Shown here: piece by piece, positions 43,902-58,889 of the stretch
How the letters are laid out: each line of letters starts with the position of its first letter
Position numbering within the stretch: the first letter of the stretch is position 1
Source: the human T2T-CHM13v2.0 reference genome, Homo sapiens
Assembly (NCBI RefSeq): GCF_009914755.1
Contig: NC_060929.1
Length of the DNA: 64,000 nt
Reading direction: 5' to 3' (one strand)
Position numbers and translations under genes: made by a program
The notes under the pieces: model-generated
The model's database searches: none
Seen by the model: only the letters and a program-made list of their open reading frames with translations
Told to the model about the DNA's origin: nothing

Positions 43902-46900
43902 AAATAGAAAGAGCTTTCCTAAATAAACAACTAATTTTAATAAATAATATATGCAGTTAAGTGAAAAAGGCTGGGCATTCACAGAAAAAAAACAAACAAA
44001 CAAGAGATACTATTTGGTTATTACACATAATTCTAAAAAAAGAACAAATCTAGACATTTTAAAACTTATGGAAAAAAGAATTAATAAAGACACAAACCAT
44101 AAATATTTTGATTCTGCAAATGTGTGAGCACTGCACAATTTCACATTGACTTAGAAATAAGAATACTCATAGATATGTAAAAGTCAAGAGCCAAAAGAGT
44201 AGTATATATAAATACAAAGTCTCCTAAAAATTATAGTTCTTACATAATTTGCAACTTACATAATGTGTTCATTATTTGTTCTTTCTTCACTCGCCATATA
44301 TTTTTAACATAAAATTATGTAACTATATAAATAGAGGGTGTTTTGACCCCTATGTCTACATTATACCCCAATGGGTCAATCTATCAATCTACTGAATAAC
44401 AATAGACCTCCAATTTTTGTTAATATCTAACTACCAGAAATATCAATCCCTTGAAATTGAAGTGGTTGCAGAGCTTACTCTGTGAGTTGAGATTGAGTAT
44501 TTTCATTTTTTCTTCCTTTCCTCTTTAATTTATTTTCATAAGCCTCCTGATTTCAGTTTTACCAATTTTTTTCCTTACTTTCTCATTGCCTATAGATAAA
44601 CAAAAATGTTTTATTTTTTCTGGGGATAATTTTATTATAGCCAAATTTTTTTTCAGCAGTTTCCTTGCCTTAGTTCCAAACCTAATGCCTCTGTCATTTT
44701 TCTCTACACTCTTCCTTTTATATTATTGTCCATGAGATTTTGTTTATTTACTCTCACCCCTTGATACCTTTCTATTTGTTATTTTTATTCTTTAAAAATG
44801 CTGACTTTACTAAAATGGAAAGAGGTTAAACTGTGTAAATAATAATGTAAGAGTCAAGTCTCGTCATATTCACAATTTGGCAATTAGGCTTGAGGTTCCT
44901 CAAACAATTTCTTATGTTAGGAAGAAATTGTTTATAGATACCAGTGTTTTTCAAACTATGCAATCCTTGACAATCAAATTGAGTGTCCTTTTCATTAAGA
45001 TTTAACAAGAGTAATGTTTTTCCTTGCAAGCTAAAGTAAATAATTTCATAAGCCACTTATTTTTCACTTCCATCTCTCCTACTTCTACCTTGGCAACTAT
45101 TTCTCAAAAATCAAGTCTAAAAGTATTTCTTTGTTTTTCCCTATAATAATTCTATGACGTTGAGTTGGGTTTCTAACATTTGGTACATGAGTGTTTTAAA
45201 AACATATTGTAACTAAGTGTCTTCTAATACTGCTCTATCAAATTAACATATTCAGGAAGTGTTAAGTGAGACAGTCCATCACAAATCAAAATTAAAATCA
45301 ATTTTGATGTCTCCAAACAATGAGAGAGGCACTTGCATCTTCCGAATTTCGTCAAAGCATTTAAATTATGATTGCTTAACATATTCAAATAAGCTATTGA
45401 ATACTCTTTTCCAGATAGATCACATTTTTAGTGTTTTCATGTGATATACATGAATTTGACTCTCCTGTTACTTTGTTGCAAGGACACTGTAGTGAATGTC
45501 TTGAAGGCATAGACAATTTAAGTTGAATCCCTTCTTATAAAAAAAGAAGCTGTGAATGGACAATTCTCAATGTCATTTCAGAGTCACTAGCAATGAAAGG
45601 GAACCTATTTAAGGATTTTCTCTGCCTTTCAGTAGTGAAAAAAGCTTCTGGTTGGTTTACACCCACACTATTTTATTTGGAATTTAATTAGAATGAATGT
45701 CACTGGAGGCAAATACTGTGTGCAGCATTTCTAAATTCATTTATAAAGATGCCTACTAGATAATGCAGATTCAGTTTCAGGAGTTTAGTTCCTATAGAAT
45801 TGTAGGTAGGCTAGAGAGAATTATAGTCCCTTCTAATCATTAAAACGTATGCATGAAGTACTTCAAGCCAGCTTATTCATCACTCCTGAAATGCTGACAA
45901 AATGCTTAAGGGCCTACTTCTTCTGAAATAAAATGAGAAAATCCCCCATTCTTTAAGGTTCAGGAGAATATTGTGCACGGGAAGATCTATTTTTAAATGA
46001 CACTTCTTATAATGTGCAGACAAAACCACGGATTAGTTACTGCTGTTCCTCAGCATGTTACTTTGTACATAAACTTGAAGCTATATCAGGGAGAGAAACC
46101 CACTGCTAAAAGGTTTTAAGGCATGAGTTAGAATGCTTTTAATATTCACTTTTTCAAACATCATCATCCTGAAGATTGTATCTCTCACTGAAAATTCTAT
46201 TCATGTGTGAGGCTACCAATTATTAATGTAAGAGACATTCAAATTTGCAGAATAATTTGTATATGTTTAAATATTTTTATTTAACTTAGTAAAATAATGG
46301 ATTTAATTATAATGGATGCATATTATATTGAGATGGGATAGTTTGCCCAATAATGTAATTTCTTGTAGTAGCATATAATGATATCATATATAATAGATAT
46401 AATGAAACCATTTGGTGGCACCATTTTAATAGAATCAGAATTTATCTGAACTTAGCTCTGAATTTTTCAAATTATAATCAGTGGAGCTTCACTAATTTCC
46501 CTGAAATAAATTGTAAAAAGACGGAAAAAATAAGACCATTACAAAAATATTTTTAAATATATTTTTATATTTTAAATATCATGTTATGAATATTTGAAGT
46601 TAAATAATATTAAATTAATGTACTTATCAGAAAACTTAAATTTTCTGAATTAGAATTGAAGCTACAGTGACTCTAGCACTTCCAAATGTTTTTATATCAT
46701 TCCACACTAAATCTTGGATCACCTTTAAATGAAGTGCATATAAAAAACGCTTAAGTGCTCTTAGTAATTTTCAAGCAATATGTACAACATTGCCCAGAAT
46801 TTGAACTCTTCCAGATTTCGTTTCCAATAAATTTAAATTGCTTTGTGTAGTGAAGAGTAATTTAAAATTATCAAAGTGCTCTAAATTCCACAGTAGAGTA

Positions 46901-48760
46901 CCCATAAAATGTAAAGCCTTTCAATGATTTTAAATCACTATACACACTTTAGAGTAATTTCAGCACATCAAACGCTTTGATTTTTAGTTTTCATTGCCTT
47001 AATTTGAAAGAATGAAAAAATGCCAAACCAAAATAGCATTTATTATCAGTGAGAGTTGTAACTAACATGATTTTCAAATTGACTCAGACTTTACCATGTG
47101 AAACATACCGTTGTTACTAATGAGTCAAAAAAAACTGTAGCCACCATTATAGCAAATATTTATAATATTAATGAAAATTTATTTGTCAGACAAGATAGAA
47201 TGTATTATTCTAGTATATATTTACAGTGGACCCATAGTATAGTTTTCTATTTTACACATCCCATGTGAGTGTGAAAGTTGGCTACTTGCAACTTCTCAGA
47301 GATATTTACATATAATTTATAAAAATCTGAATTGATTCAAAGTTAAGAAAACAGAATCACTCAATTACATTGGAAAATGTTCAAAGAATAACCAGTAAAG
47401 GCAATAAAAATGCTTCAAAATTTAAAGTAACAAAAAATTTATATTTTTATTCTAAGAAAACACAATAAAATTTGTTGACAATTATTAAAAATATCAGAAT
47501 ATCTCATATATGATTAAGTAAAACTCAGTTGATTGATAGTATACTCAATTAAATTAAGAGCAATAAAATGCTGGTGTACCAAGGGGGTTGATAAATAACA
47601 CCACTCTTGTATGCCCAAGTTCTTAATCAAATGAGAAACTGGATAAGAAACCAGTAAAGTTAAACCAGATTCTACATGATTAGTGCTTTCTTGTGGGGAA
47701 GGGAGCTTATAATGCTAGATTCCAGAATTGTTCAAGGGTGTTCTGTCTAAACAGATTCTTCCCCAGGAATAAGCTGTTTTACTATGGGCCAGAGGAAACA
47801 GCAGTGCATATGGCCTTTGAGAATCTCTTAGTTCCAAAGAAAAATAAAACAGAGAGTTGTATTCTTTATAAAGAATTTGTCTTCCTCAACTTATCAATTA
47901 ACATTAACTCATCTACACATCATGAATAGAATGAAATTAGGAGTGGATAGGTAACAAAGTGTTACAGTGAGGAAGCATCAGTAATAGAGATAGAGCATTC
48001 TCTCTTCATGTGAGACAGTGCATCAATGAGGAGAAATCTATTGTATTAATATTACCTCCAAAAATGTTAAGATAATGTCATTAATTATTTCAATGGATGC
48101 TACAAAGCCCAGTATAATATGTAAAGATAAAATTGTATGAAATGTCTCAATTTTTATTAACTTGATCATGAAATTAAATAAAAGCAACTAAGTTGTAAAA
48201 AATTGGAAAGCCTGATACAAAATAATTTAAATGACATAATTCTATGTCTTCGAAAAAAATTAAAGTTTAAGAAATCAGTTAAGTATAAGTATTTATACAA
48301 AGTTTATAACCTGTCCTTATACCAGCAAAGTACTTAGAGAGTAAATGATAGATAACAATGTTTCATTATTGCAACAAAATGGAAGGAAGAAAACAATAAA
48401 TAGAAAGGGTTCTATAAGACAAATACACGATCAAATGGAACAAAATTAAAGAGCTTTATTTTAATTATATATTTATATGTGTATAATAGGACAAGAAGAC
48501 TAAATAAAATCTATATTTGTTTTCTTTATATGAACACTAAATAACAAATATTCTAAACCTGTCTATTAAAATTAATTTATTGTTTGGATAAAATTCTTTT
48601 TTATAGTAAGTGGAATATCAGAAAGCAGACTTAATAAAGTTATTTTAAAGTTAATCTCAAAAAATAAAAACAAAAGCAAAAATACAACCCTGAAATTCTG
48701 GTTCATCTTTGGCAGTGAAAGCTCCCCATAGTCCATCCATCCTACTAATTGTAACTATAA

Positions 48761-48963
<203 letters not shown>

Positions 48964-49717
48964 AACTTTGGATACATTTTTTAGAGTAAAAAAAGTAAAT
49001 TAAAAATACCCTAATTGAAAACTCTGAAAATAAACAAGTTAGTTTTTTTTAAGAGATGCCAAAATTTGAAAAAGCAACTGTTATTAAAGTGATTTGCATT
49101 ATTTTTTTTTTCCTTGGGATATTTTTTCCCATTCACAGAGTGGAAAAGCATAGGTGACTACAAGTCTTGCTAGACACTCTGCTGTCAATTTGGCTAGGAA
49201 AAAAGCAAAAACAAAAACAAGTAATGGACATTCAGTAAATATTAGCAGAGACAAAGGAATGTTACAAAGGAAGCAAATGGAAATTTTTTAAATGAAAAAT
49301 AAAATATCTGAAATTAAACATTTATTAAGTTCAACAGCAAAAAAAAGAATAATAGTAGGAAAATATGTTGAACATAAAATAGTATGTCCAAAAAGCCAGA
49401 TCTAACTTCTTATTGCCTACAAGGAATCAACTTTGAATATAAAGAAAATGGTACAAATTAATAGATCAATAGCCATTCCCCAATATAAAGAACACAGAAC
49501 AATGAATGAGACTAAAGAGATACTTTGAAACAGAAAAATAAGGAAACCTCAAAACGTGAAGGACAATATTAAAAGGTCTAACGTATTTGTAATTTCGGTA
49601 CCCAAAGTTAAAATTGGGGCATACTTCTAAATACCCAAAGACTTTCAAAATCTGCAGTACAGTCAATGACATACATTTACGAATGAAAGAAGCTCAGCAA
49701 ATTCCAAATAGTGTAAG

Positions 49718-52700
49718 TGGGAGCAAAATGCCTAGGCAGATAAAAAGGGGTCCCTAGAGAATTTCTGGCCTTCTTCACAAGTGTTTACATTAGATGCTTT
49801 TGTGCAGATGAGGGAACCTGCCCAGGGCTTGTCTGGGCATGCCCACAGTGGACTGGAGCCTGACATGCTCACTGGGGCAAGTGGGTGGAGCCATGAGGAA
49901 TTCATGCCTTGCAAAGGGGAGGAGCCTGCCCTCTTGAGCTCTTGTGGTGACCTGGGAATCAATGTGTGAGGTGGTGCTATGTAGCAGGAACCCCTCTTGC
50001 TTTGCAAATAGTTTTTTGTTTGTTTTCCTTTTTGCCCAATAGAGCCCTGCTCTACTGACCCTTCAATGTGCCCGTGTGCCTAAATATTCCTGGTCGTGTG
50101 AAAAGAACCCAGGTATTAGCTGAACTAAGGAGCACAATTCTGCAACATTTTGGCACCCAAACACGGGGCTTGAGAAATGGTGAGTAAGATGCGAACAAAA
50201 ACGCCCCTTTTTTTCCTTTACCTTCTAAGCCTTTGTGTCGTCGGACTTTTTCTGAGAGTAGGGGAAATTGTACCTCCCTCCCCTCCACTCCTGTCTCTTC
50301 CAGCGGTCGGGAATATCAGCCTTTTCCTGTTTTTAAGGGATAGACAGGTGAACCAGAGGCTCCCTGCTCCCCTCTTAAGTTCCTCGCCCTGCTGGAGGAA
50401 CCCATTTCCATAAGAATAAGATTTTCTTCCTGCAGGCATCTTTCCAACTCTGCACTTTAAACTTTTCTGCCTTTCTCTACCCTGCCAGCAGTTAACTTTT
50501 AAGTGAGAGTTTTTTTTTTTTTTTTTCCTTTTAGAAGACATTTTACTAGGCCAGGAATTATAAGGATCACTGTTTATATTCTCTGTAAAGTTTTAATTAT
50601 TAAAAATGATTCATGAGGTTGATTTTAATCTGTAGCCAATCTAGTGTGCTTTGCATGGCTTTCTGTATGGTCAGTAGCAACTTTGCCGCAGGTCTCCATC
50701 TAGTTTTACGTCTTTCAAGTGTGACCTGTAACCTCATGGCAATGTTTCGTTTAGCCTCCACCATTTTACAGTGGCAGCTGGGTTCAATCCTGGCTTAAGG
50801 AATAAACTCCTTCTGATTTGATATCTGGATGACCTTTGCAATTTGTTGATTCTTTTCCCCTCAACAGCCTTGGATTTTTCTTTCCCTGAGCCTTTAGTAA
50901 AGTTTGAAAGCCAGAAATATTGGCTGCTCGGCATAACTAAAACCAGATAACAAGGGATTTAAAACAATTTTCTTAAAGAGCACACAGCTTAATTAAAAGT
51001 GTATATCCAAGTTATAGGCATATTTGAAAGGCCTTTATTTATTTAATTTTTTTCCCCCTTGGATTTTGTTTTGCTGGAAAAAGGGTTTTTTCTCAGTTGG
51101 CCGAATTCTTTTTCTCCATTTTGTCTTGCCACTCTTGATGCATGCACGTGAGGCTCTAAGGTAACTCTGGGGTGCATGGGACTCCTTGAGAAAAACAGAA
51201 GGCACCACTGACCCCTTTTTGGGAAGAAATCTGTTTTCCTCATGGAACCCCAGGAATTAAAAGCAGATAGATCCCTCTCAAAATCTGTTTTTGCTTCCCA
51301 ATTATGCCTGTTTATTACGCCCTAGAAGCAGCATGTTTTCCTAGCCCTGTCTCTTAAAGGGATCCGCCTGGAGGACAATAATCCTATTAGGAGACTGGCA
51401 AATGAAAAACCTTGTGGCTGCTGAGTTTTCTTCTGCCTGGCTGTGTAGTTATATATGTGTTGTATTTGTGATGTTTATAAAAACAGCTCTAATTAATTGG
51501 CCTAAAGAAAAATAAGCACTTGGATCAAATATTTTTTAATGGAAAGATAAAAGCTGTGGTAGCTTTTAGTTCTCATGACTTTAATCTTTGAGAAATAAAA
51601 ACAGCCTTAAAGATTATTTGGTGAAATGCATATGTCATCAAAATTTAAATAGGTGGACTAAATTATGCACGTCAGATACTAGGTTTGCTAAATGTTTTAA
51701 GGCTATAAAATGCTTTTTGAGAATGATTCAATTTGCTGGCTTCACAACTGGTAAGGCCCGGAGACATATGTTACTAACCACGCCCTTAGTTGTGCTGGAA
51801 GGAGTCAAACCTTGGCTGCCCCTAGCACATAATTAAAACAACTTACCAGGTTTTACTTTAAAGGTAAAAATTGCTAGGAGTTACCATTATAACATGTAAT
51901 TGAGACCACTAAAAATATATTTACATTTGAGTTATGTGAGAACAGTAAAATATGTTTTTAGTAAAAGATTATAAGAAGGCATAGAAATGTAAAATTCTGC
52001 CTAAGGTTAAAAGATTGTTTTGAATTAAATAAGATAACAGTAAAAGTTCAAACAAGTTGTGGAAGGATTGCAAAAATTAACCTTGCAAAGGAAATCCCAT
52101 GTGTGAACATATTGACTAAATTCAAAGAATATTATATGGTTTTTCTGTAAATTCAGCATTGAAATAAAAGCATAACAAGGCACTCTTAAAGCAGTAAGCT
52201 ACTCTTCAGCAAAATTTGTAAAGTGTTATAACAGATTTTTGCTTTTAGAATTTCTGAGTCATCATTTTAGCAAAGTAAATAACATGGTAATCTGGAATCC
52301 TATTTCATAACATCAAGTATTTTAAATCCCTAACATACTTAACAGCCTTCCCAAAATCAAACTTCAGTTTCAAAATTGTCTTTCTTGATACCAGACTTTT
52401 GGATGCTACAGAGGACACCTGCAGCATCAAAAAAAGTAAGGTAAATGGATTATCTGGTATGTTTTAGGTACATGGGATTGACAAAACGGTGTTCAATCCT
52501 TTTTCGGTTGTATTTTTGTGAATAATACTAATAGTACTAATAATAATACTAATGTATAGTTCCAAACTTTTATGGGATTTAAAAAATTCTAATGTTTGAG
52601 CATATACTATCAATCATAATTATAGCTATTATGTTAAATTATTGTAAACCATGGAGATAACCAAATTTATTTGTCAATCATGTTTCTGACTGCAACTACC

Positions 52701-55633
52701 CTGGACATTTTGTTACTCACAAACCATTGTTGTCTTGTTTTGATCCTATCCTCTTCACATGATGTTTATAATCAGCTATGGAACTTTGACAGGTGTTCTC
52801 AAATGCAGGCTTCTGATAACTTTGGAGATTGTGACATTGGAATAAAGGAAAAACATACAGGGCTCATGAAAATTGAAATGTTCATGGATAGCAAGCAAAA
52901 CAAGAGTTAACTGAATGGACTGAACTAATAGAAAACTGAAGTAATCGTTTTAGCTTTTGCTTGGAATATTGCTGATCATTATTTTGTTTTTCAGAGTCCA
53001 GGAAACTTATTTTGAACTATTTATGACCTTTAATAATTGAGTAAGGTGTACTCCTGTGAACAAAATTTGGAGCATTATTTGTCTCTCTCTGCCTGGCTTC
53101 TCCAGAATTTGGAAACTAATATTGAGTATTCTTAACTTATGGCAGTATAGTCATTTGCATCAGTGCAATAAGAATCCTTTTTCTTTTGCAACAGAATGCA
53201 ATTGGAGAAACTGGTTGTTTTACCAGGCGTTGATTGGAAATGTGTGCTTCCCTTTAAGCAGTCAAGCTCAACTTGCAGAACTGATGGGAACCCCTTGGGA
53301 AAACTGGCCTCAAATGTTTGTCTACACAGTCCACATACAGGGTTCTTAACCTGCGGTGAGTAAAGAATGTCACTTTCCAACAGGCCCAGATATCATATGC
53401 TCTTGGGACCTCAAGAAGAGAGGAGTTTACCCAATTCATAGGTGTGTGAGGATAAAAACCTAGGGCTGGGCTCAGCTTTAAATGGTCTTATCTGAGATTC
53501 TTTGTGAAACAGATTTTCATGAAAGCCAATCTAGAGGGCCTACGTAGAAATAATTGTTTTTGCTGCACTTTATGCACATAATCAAGCCAATTATAAGACT
53601 AAAGTCTATATTGCAAGCAACACACTCCTATTATGATTTGTTTTTAACAGAAATGAGGACGAGACAGAGAGAAATTATGTTTCAAAACTTATCATCATTA
53701 GTTTCTAGACTTATTATTTCTTTTTAAGTTTTTACCTACATTTTAGACTGACCCTGCTTGTGCCTGTGAACCAACCAACAATCTCTGGCTGCAGCTCAGA
53801 AAGGACAAAAGAGAATGGGTAATGTAAAAACCTGGATCAGTATTTTAGTTCTGAACAATTATCCTGCAAATCCTGCCAGCTGATGGGAATAAATAGGATG
53901 CCCATGATCCGGAGGTTTACTTTTTGGGAAAGTAAAACCAAGGGAGCTAACCAAAGTAAAACCCCATACACCCAAATCTGAGCAAGCATAACTATAGCCA
54001 CCAGTTATCTGGGTGTGTCACAAGACACCCTTTTCTTTCCTTTGTTGGAGGAGAACTCATTTCCACAGCTTCACTTTAGCATTATGGCTTATGTTAAGGA
54101 GTCTATGCAACTTCCATGCTGAGACACGTTTTTGGTCCCAAAGTTAATTCCAAGCTTTGTGTCAAAGGCCTAAGAAAACTGGATCTTAGGGATCCAGAAG
54201 CCAGACAATAATGAAAGTCAAAAGGCACAGCACAGGTGAGCATGACTAATTCCCGCTGATTAAGCCAAGCTTCCTGTTTCATGGATAAAGGTCATGCTAG
54301 TATCCATGGCATAAATGAGGTCTAGAGAACTAAAAGGCTACTGCCAGCAGGGGAGATAGGGAGGACATAAGACAGGGCAGCTATTCCCATCCCCTAGACC
54401 CCCTGTTAACATGGATGAAAGCCACTTTGACACCCATGGGTGGCACCCTGTCACAGTTGGTGGGACTCAGCAATACAGGGACAGAGGAAAGAAAGAGGAA
54501 CAACTCACTTTCTCTCCCTCACACACCCTGAGTATTTGCTAGAAAAAGAAAGGAACCAGGCACACATGCTCCCCTATTTCTAGATGAGTAGCCATTCATC
54601 TTTAGTCTGCACCCTTTTAGAACATGTCCTGAACCCCTGGGACTCTTCTGAAAAAAATGCCTTCTTTTTTCCTTTTTCTTCCTCTGTCCTCTATTCACTG
54701 GTAGGTAGGTAATGGTGTCCCATACCACAGAACACTTCCCTCAGATGCATCCTTCTAACTGGGAGGAGTTAATTTCTCAAACCGTAGACTAATTGGCTTA
54801 GGATTAGGTTCAGGGGAAGGGAACACAGAAACATGACATGCCAGCAAAAGGGTAAAAGGTTTTTTTTCCCCGTTGGGCTTTTGGCCTCTCTCTCCCTGTG
54901 CAAACTGGTAAAAGGCGTCTGGATTTTCTAGTTGTCCTTACCCACTGCTTGTTTCGTTTTGATACATATTTTCTAATAACCTGTTTGTCTCTTCTCACTT
55001 TTAGGCCATCAAACTCCAGTCTGCACCTGGAGCCTTGGATGATGGCCTTTTTTACTGGGAACCCTGAAATAGGCCTCTGAGGGAAATCTGATTGCCATTT
55101 TCCCAAAACAGCTTCCCTGACAATAGGAAGCAATTAAGATTGGTCTTCATCCTTATCTTTATCCTTATTCTAATGGCAGTTAGAGGTACTTCTTTAGAGG
55201 GGGGAATGAGACAGCCAAATGCCTAGGCAGATAAAAAGGTGTACCTGGAAAATTTCCAACCCGTCACACAAGTGTTTACATCAGATGCTTTTGTGTAGAT
55301 GAGGGAAACTTCCCAGGGCTTGTCTGGGTATGCCCACAGTGGACTGGAGCCCAAAATGCACACTGGAGGAAGTGGATGGAGCCACGTGGATGTCATGCCT
55401 TATGCAGGGGAGGAGCCTGCTCTCTTCAGCTCCTGTGGTAATGTGGGAATCGATCTGTGAGGTGAGGACCTGTTAGCAGGAACCCCTCTTGCTTTGCTGA
55501 AAGTTTTATTTTTCTTTTTGCCCTATAAAACCCTGTTCTACTAACCCTTCAATATGTCTGCATTCCTAAATTTTCCTGGTCATGTGACGAGAACCTAGGT
55601 TTTAGCTGAACTAAGGAGCAAAATTCTGCAACA
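49718..55633 (+). mobile_element. Non-autonomous ERV1 provirus with two LTRs (MER83-like, MER4 group)
   Basis: Homologous LTRs at 49718-50147 and 55207-55633 (aaatgcctaggcagataaaaagg...attctgcaaca); PBS at 50151; PPT agaggggggaa before the 3' LTR; flanks taag/taaa; no intact gag/pol/env. Confidence 0.92.
50151..50170 (+). other. Primer binding site, tRNA-Lys1,2-like
   Basis: tggcacccaaacacggggct versus Lys1,2 PBS tggcgcccaacgtggggc; differences partly at CpG positions. Confidence 0.6.
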
Positions 55634-56239
55634 TAAAGTCAAAGAAAACTATGCCTATATCCATTAAATCAAATGTTAAAAAGCAAATATAAAGAAAAAG
55701 TCTTCACAGCCCTAGAGAAAAGTGAAACATTGTACATAAAGAAGTAATAATTTGAATGGATTGTCAGAAACCATGACTAGAAGACAGAGGAGCAATATTT
55801 TCAAATTTCATAGAGAAAGGAAAAAAAGAAAAGAAGAAAAAAAAGAAGACATAATAAAACACCTGTCATTTTAGTATTCTGTACCCATTGAACATAACCT
55901 TCAATAGAATGTGAAGTAGACATATTCAGGTGAATAAAAAATCAAGAGAATAATAGTTATGTTCTACATGAAATTATAAAGGAAATTTCTCAGACTAGGT
56001 GGAAATTATACTAGTGAGAAACAGATTTGAAGGACTAAAGGAAGAGATGATAGACTGACAAAGTCAATTTTTAAAAGCCAGATCTAACTTCTTATTGGCT
56101 ACAAGGAATCCACTTTTAATATACAAAAATAGGTAATAATTAAATTGCTAGAAAATACATTTCAAATAAAGAATCAGCACATGTAGCTTGGAGAAGATAT
56201 ATTAACATAAAAAGGACTTCAATAAAAGGAGTATTATGA

Positions 56240-57052
56240 GAAGACATTTATGCAGCCAAAAAACACATGAAAAAATGCTCACCATCACTGGCCATCAGAG
56301 AAATGCAAATCAAAACCACAATGAGATACCATCTCACACCAGTTAGAATGGCAATCATTAAAAAGTCAGGAAACAACAGGTGCTGGAGAGGATGTGGAGA
56401 AATAGGAACACTTTTACACTGTTGGTGGGACTGTAAACTAGTTCAACCATTGTGGAAGTCAGTGTGGTGATTCCTCAGGGATCTAGAACTGGAAATACCA
56501 TTTGACCCAGCCATCCCATTACTGGGTGTATACCCAAAGGACTATAAATCATGCTTCTATAAAGACACATGCACAGGTATGTTTATTGCGGCACTATTCA
56601 CAATAGCAAAGACCTGGAACCAACCCAAATGTCCAACAATGATAGACTGGATTAAGAAAATGTGGCACATATACACCATGGAATACTATGCAGCCATAAA
56701 AAATGATGAGTTCATGTCCTTTGTAGGGACATGGATGAAATTGGAAATCATCATTCTCAGTAAACTATCACAAGGACAAAAAACCAAACACCACATATTC
56801 TCACTCATAGGTGGGAATTGAACAATGAGATCACATGGACACGGGAAAGGGAACATCACACTCTGGGGACTGTTGTGGGGTGGGGGGAGAGGGGAGGGAT
56901 AGCATTAGGAGATATACCTAATGCTAAATGATGAGTTAATGAGTGCAGCACACCAGCATGGCACATGTATACATATGTAACTAACCTTTACGTTGTGCAC
57001 ATGTACCCTAAAACTTAAAGTATAATAATAATAAAATAAAATAAAATAAAAA
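56240..57052 (+). mobile_element. L1PA3-like 5'-truncated LINE-1
   Basis: Near-consensus ORF2 end ([25 protein letters not shown]; ...FSLIGGN) and 3' UTR with gctaaatga and caccagcatggc; (taaaa)n tail. Confidence 0.95.
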
Positions 57053-57499
57053 TTTATCAGAAAAACAATATCAATTATAATGTATATACCTAATAAGAGA
57101 GCTCAAAATATTTGAAACAAATCTGACAGAATTAAAAAGAAGAATGGATAAATTCACAATTATAGAAAAAGATTATACACCAGTTTCTTAATAATTGATA
57201 CAACCACTGGAGAAATAATAAGAAAGCAAAAATAAAGACATAGATCCAAATAACACTTTGTACTAATCGATATTTCTAGAAAACGGCAGTCAACATTGTT
57301 TTCCCGTGTTCATGTATATTCACCATGGTAGACCCTTTACTGTATATAAACCTAATGTTGATAAGTTTAAAAAGATTAACAATTTATAGTGTATTATCCA
57401 GTTACAATGAAACCTAATTAAAAATTAGTGATTGTAATCTAGGAAAGCGAAGCTCTTTTAAATCATCCATTACTCAAAGAGGAAATCTCTAAAATGTAA

Positions 57500-57592
57500 A
57501 TTCTGTGAAAAGGGAGTTTAGTTTTACACACTGTTTTGTTCCCAGCATCTAGACGAGTGACTGGCAATTAGTAAATGGTTAACAACTATTAT
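57500..57592 (+). mobile_element. L2 3' end fragment
   Basis: cactgttttgttcccagcatctagacgagtgactggcaattagtaaatggttaacaactatt. Confidence 0.6.
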
Positions 57593-58441
57593 TATAAGAA
57601 ATGCCCCAGGGGACAGAGAAAGAAATGATAAGGAAATATGCAACGATTTTTCATGAGAAATAAATGATGAACAGGTTTTTCATGAAAGATGTAACAGAGG
57701 CCCAGCATGGGGCGGGATGGCAATACACATTGGTCTGTCTCCTAGGAAACACACAGATTAATGGCTAAAAACACATGCCTACAAAAGACAATACTTAGAG
57801 TTTACAATCAAGACTCTATTACGAACTCTATAAACTAGAGCAATATTCTAAAATTATTGATTCTTTAGTTTCCTAATAGAAAAAACTTAAGAAATAATGA
57901 AGCAAAGTTTTTTTGTTGTTGTTTTTTGGTCAAGCTTAATTGAAGTGATTTGTGTTAACGTGCTCAGTACAGTAAATGGTTCGAAACAAAGAAATCAATG
58001 AATAATACTATTATCACAATTATATGCCGTTAATGCCAGAAAGACTAAGCATCTGATTCCTAACATCAAGGTTTGTAAGAGTGTGTGAACTTTGTAACCT
58101 CACTTAATCTCTTAGATATATATTTCCTTTAAGGAAAACATGGGAGAAAAGAGCATTTGTGTGCTATGGAGCAATTTAGAACACATTTCTTGGGGGAAAA
58201 TGGCTAATATAATATTAATATTAGTATTATTGTGATTAAATGGATTAGGAGGTTCTACAAAGAAAAGTAGGTTAATTTAGAGAATAAATGTAAACTACAA
58301 ATACAATAACTCATTTTATCAAACTATTTTGGTGTTATGGATTTTTACACAGTGAACAAAACACACTTGATTTTCTTTAGGAAATGATATACTATTATTA
58401 AGAAATGAGTATATAGAGGCTTAGCTCTATTTTTGAAATGA

Positions 58442-58889
<448 letters not shown>

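Larger units (their letters stand above)
49230..57490 (+). mobile_element. Old L1M ORF1 and ORF2-start region hosting the provirus and L1PA3
   Basis: ORF1-like aaaaggtctaacgtatttgtaatt and agaagctcagcaaattccaaata continue after the ERV as gtcaaagaaaact; endonuclease-like region at 56070-57490. Confidence 0.7.

Noticed and set aside
44000-48700. Long AT-rich stretch as a hidden gene or structured RNA
   Set aside because: No recognisable ORF, RNA motif or periodicity; contains faint L1-like debris only
56267-56821. L1 ORF2 protein fragments as a gene
   Set aside because: 5'-truncated L1 with no promoter, EN or RT domain
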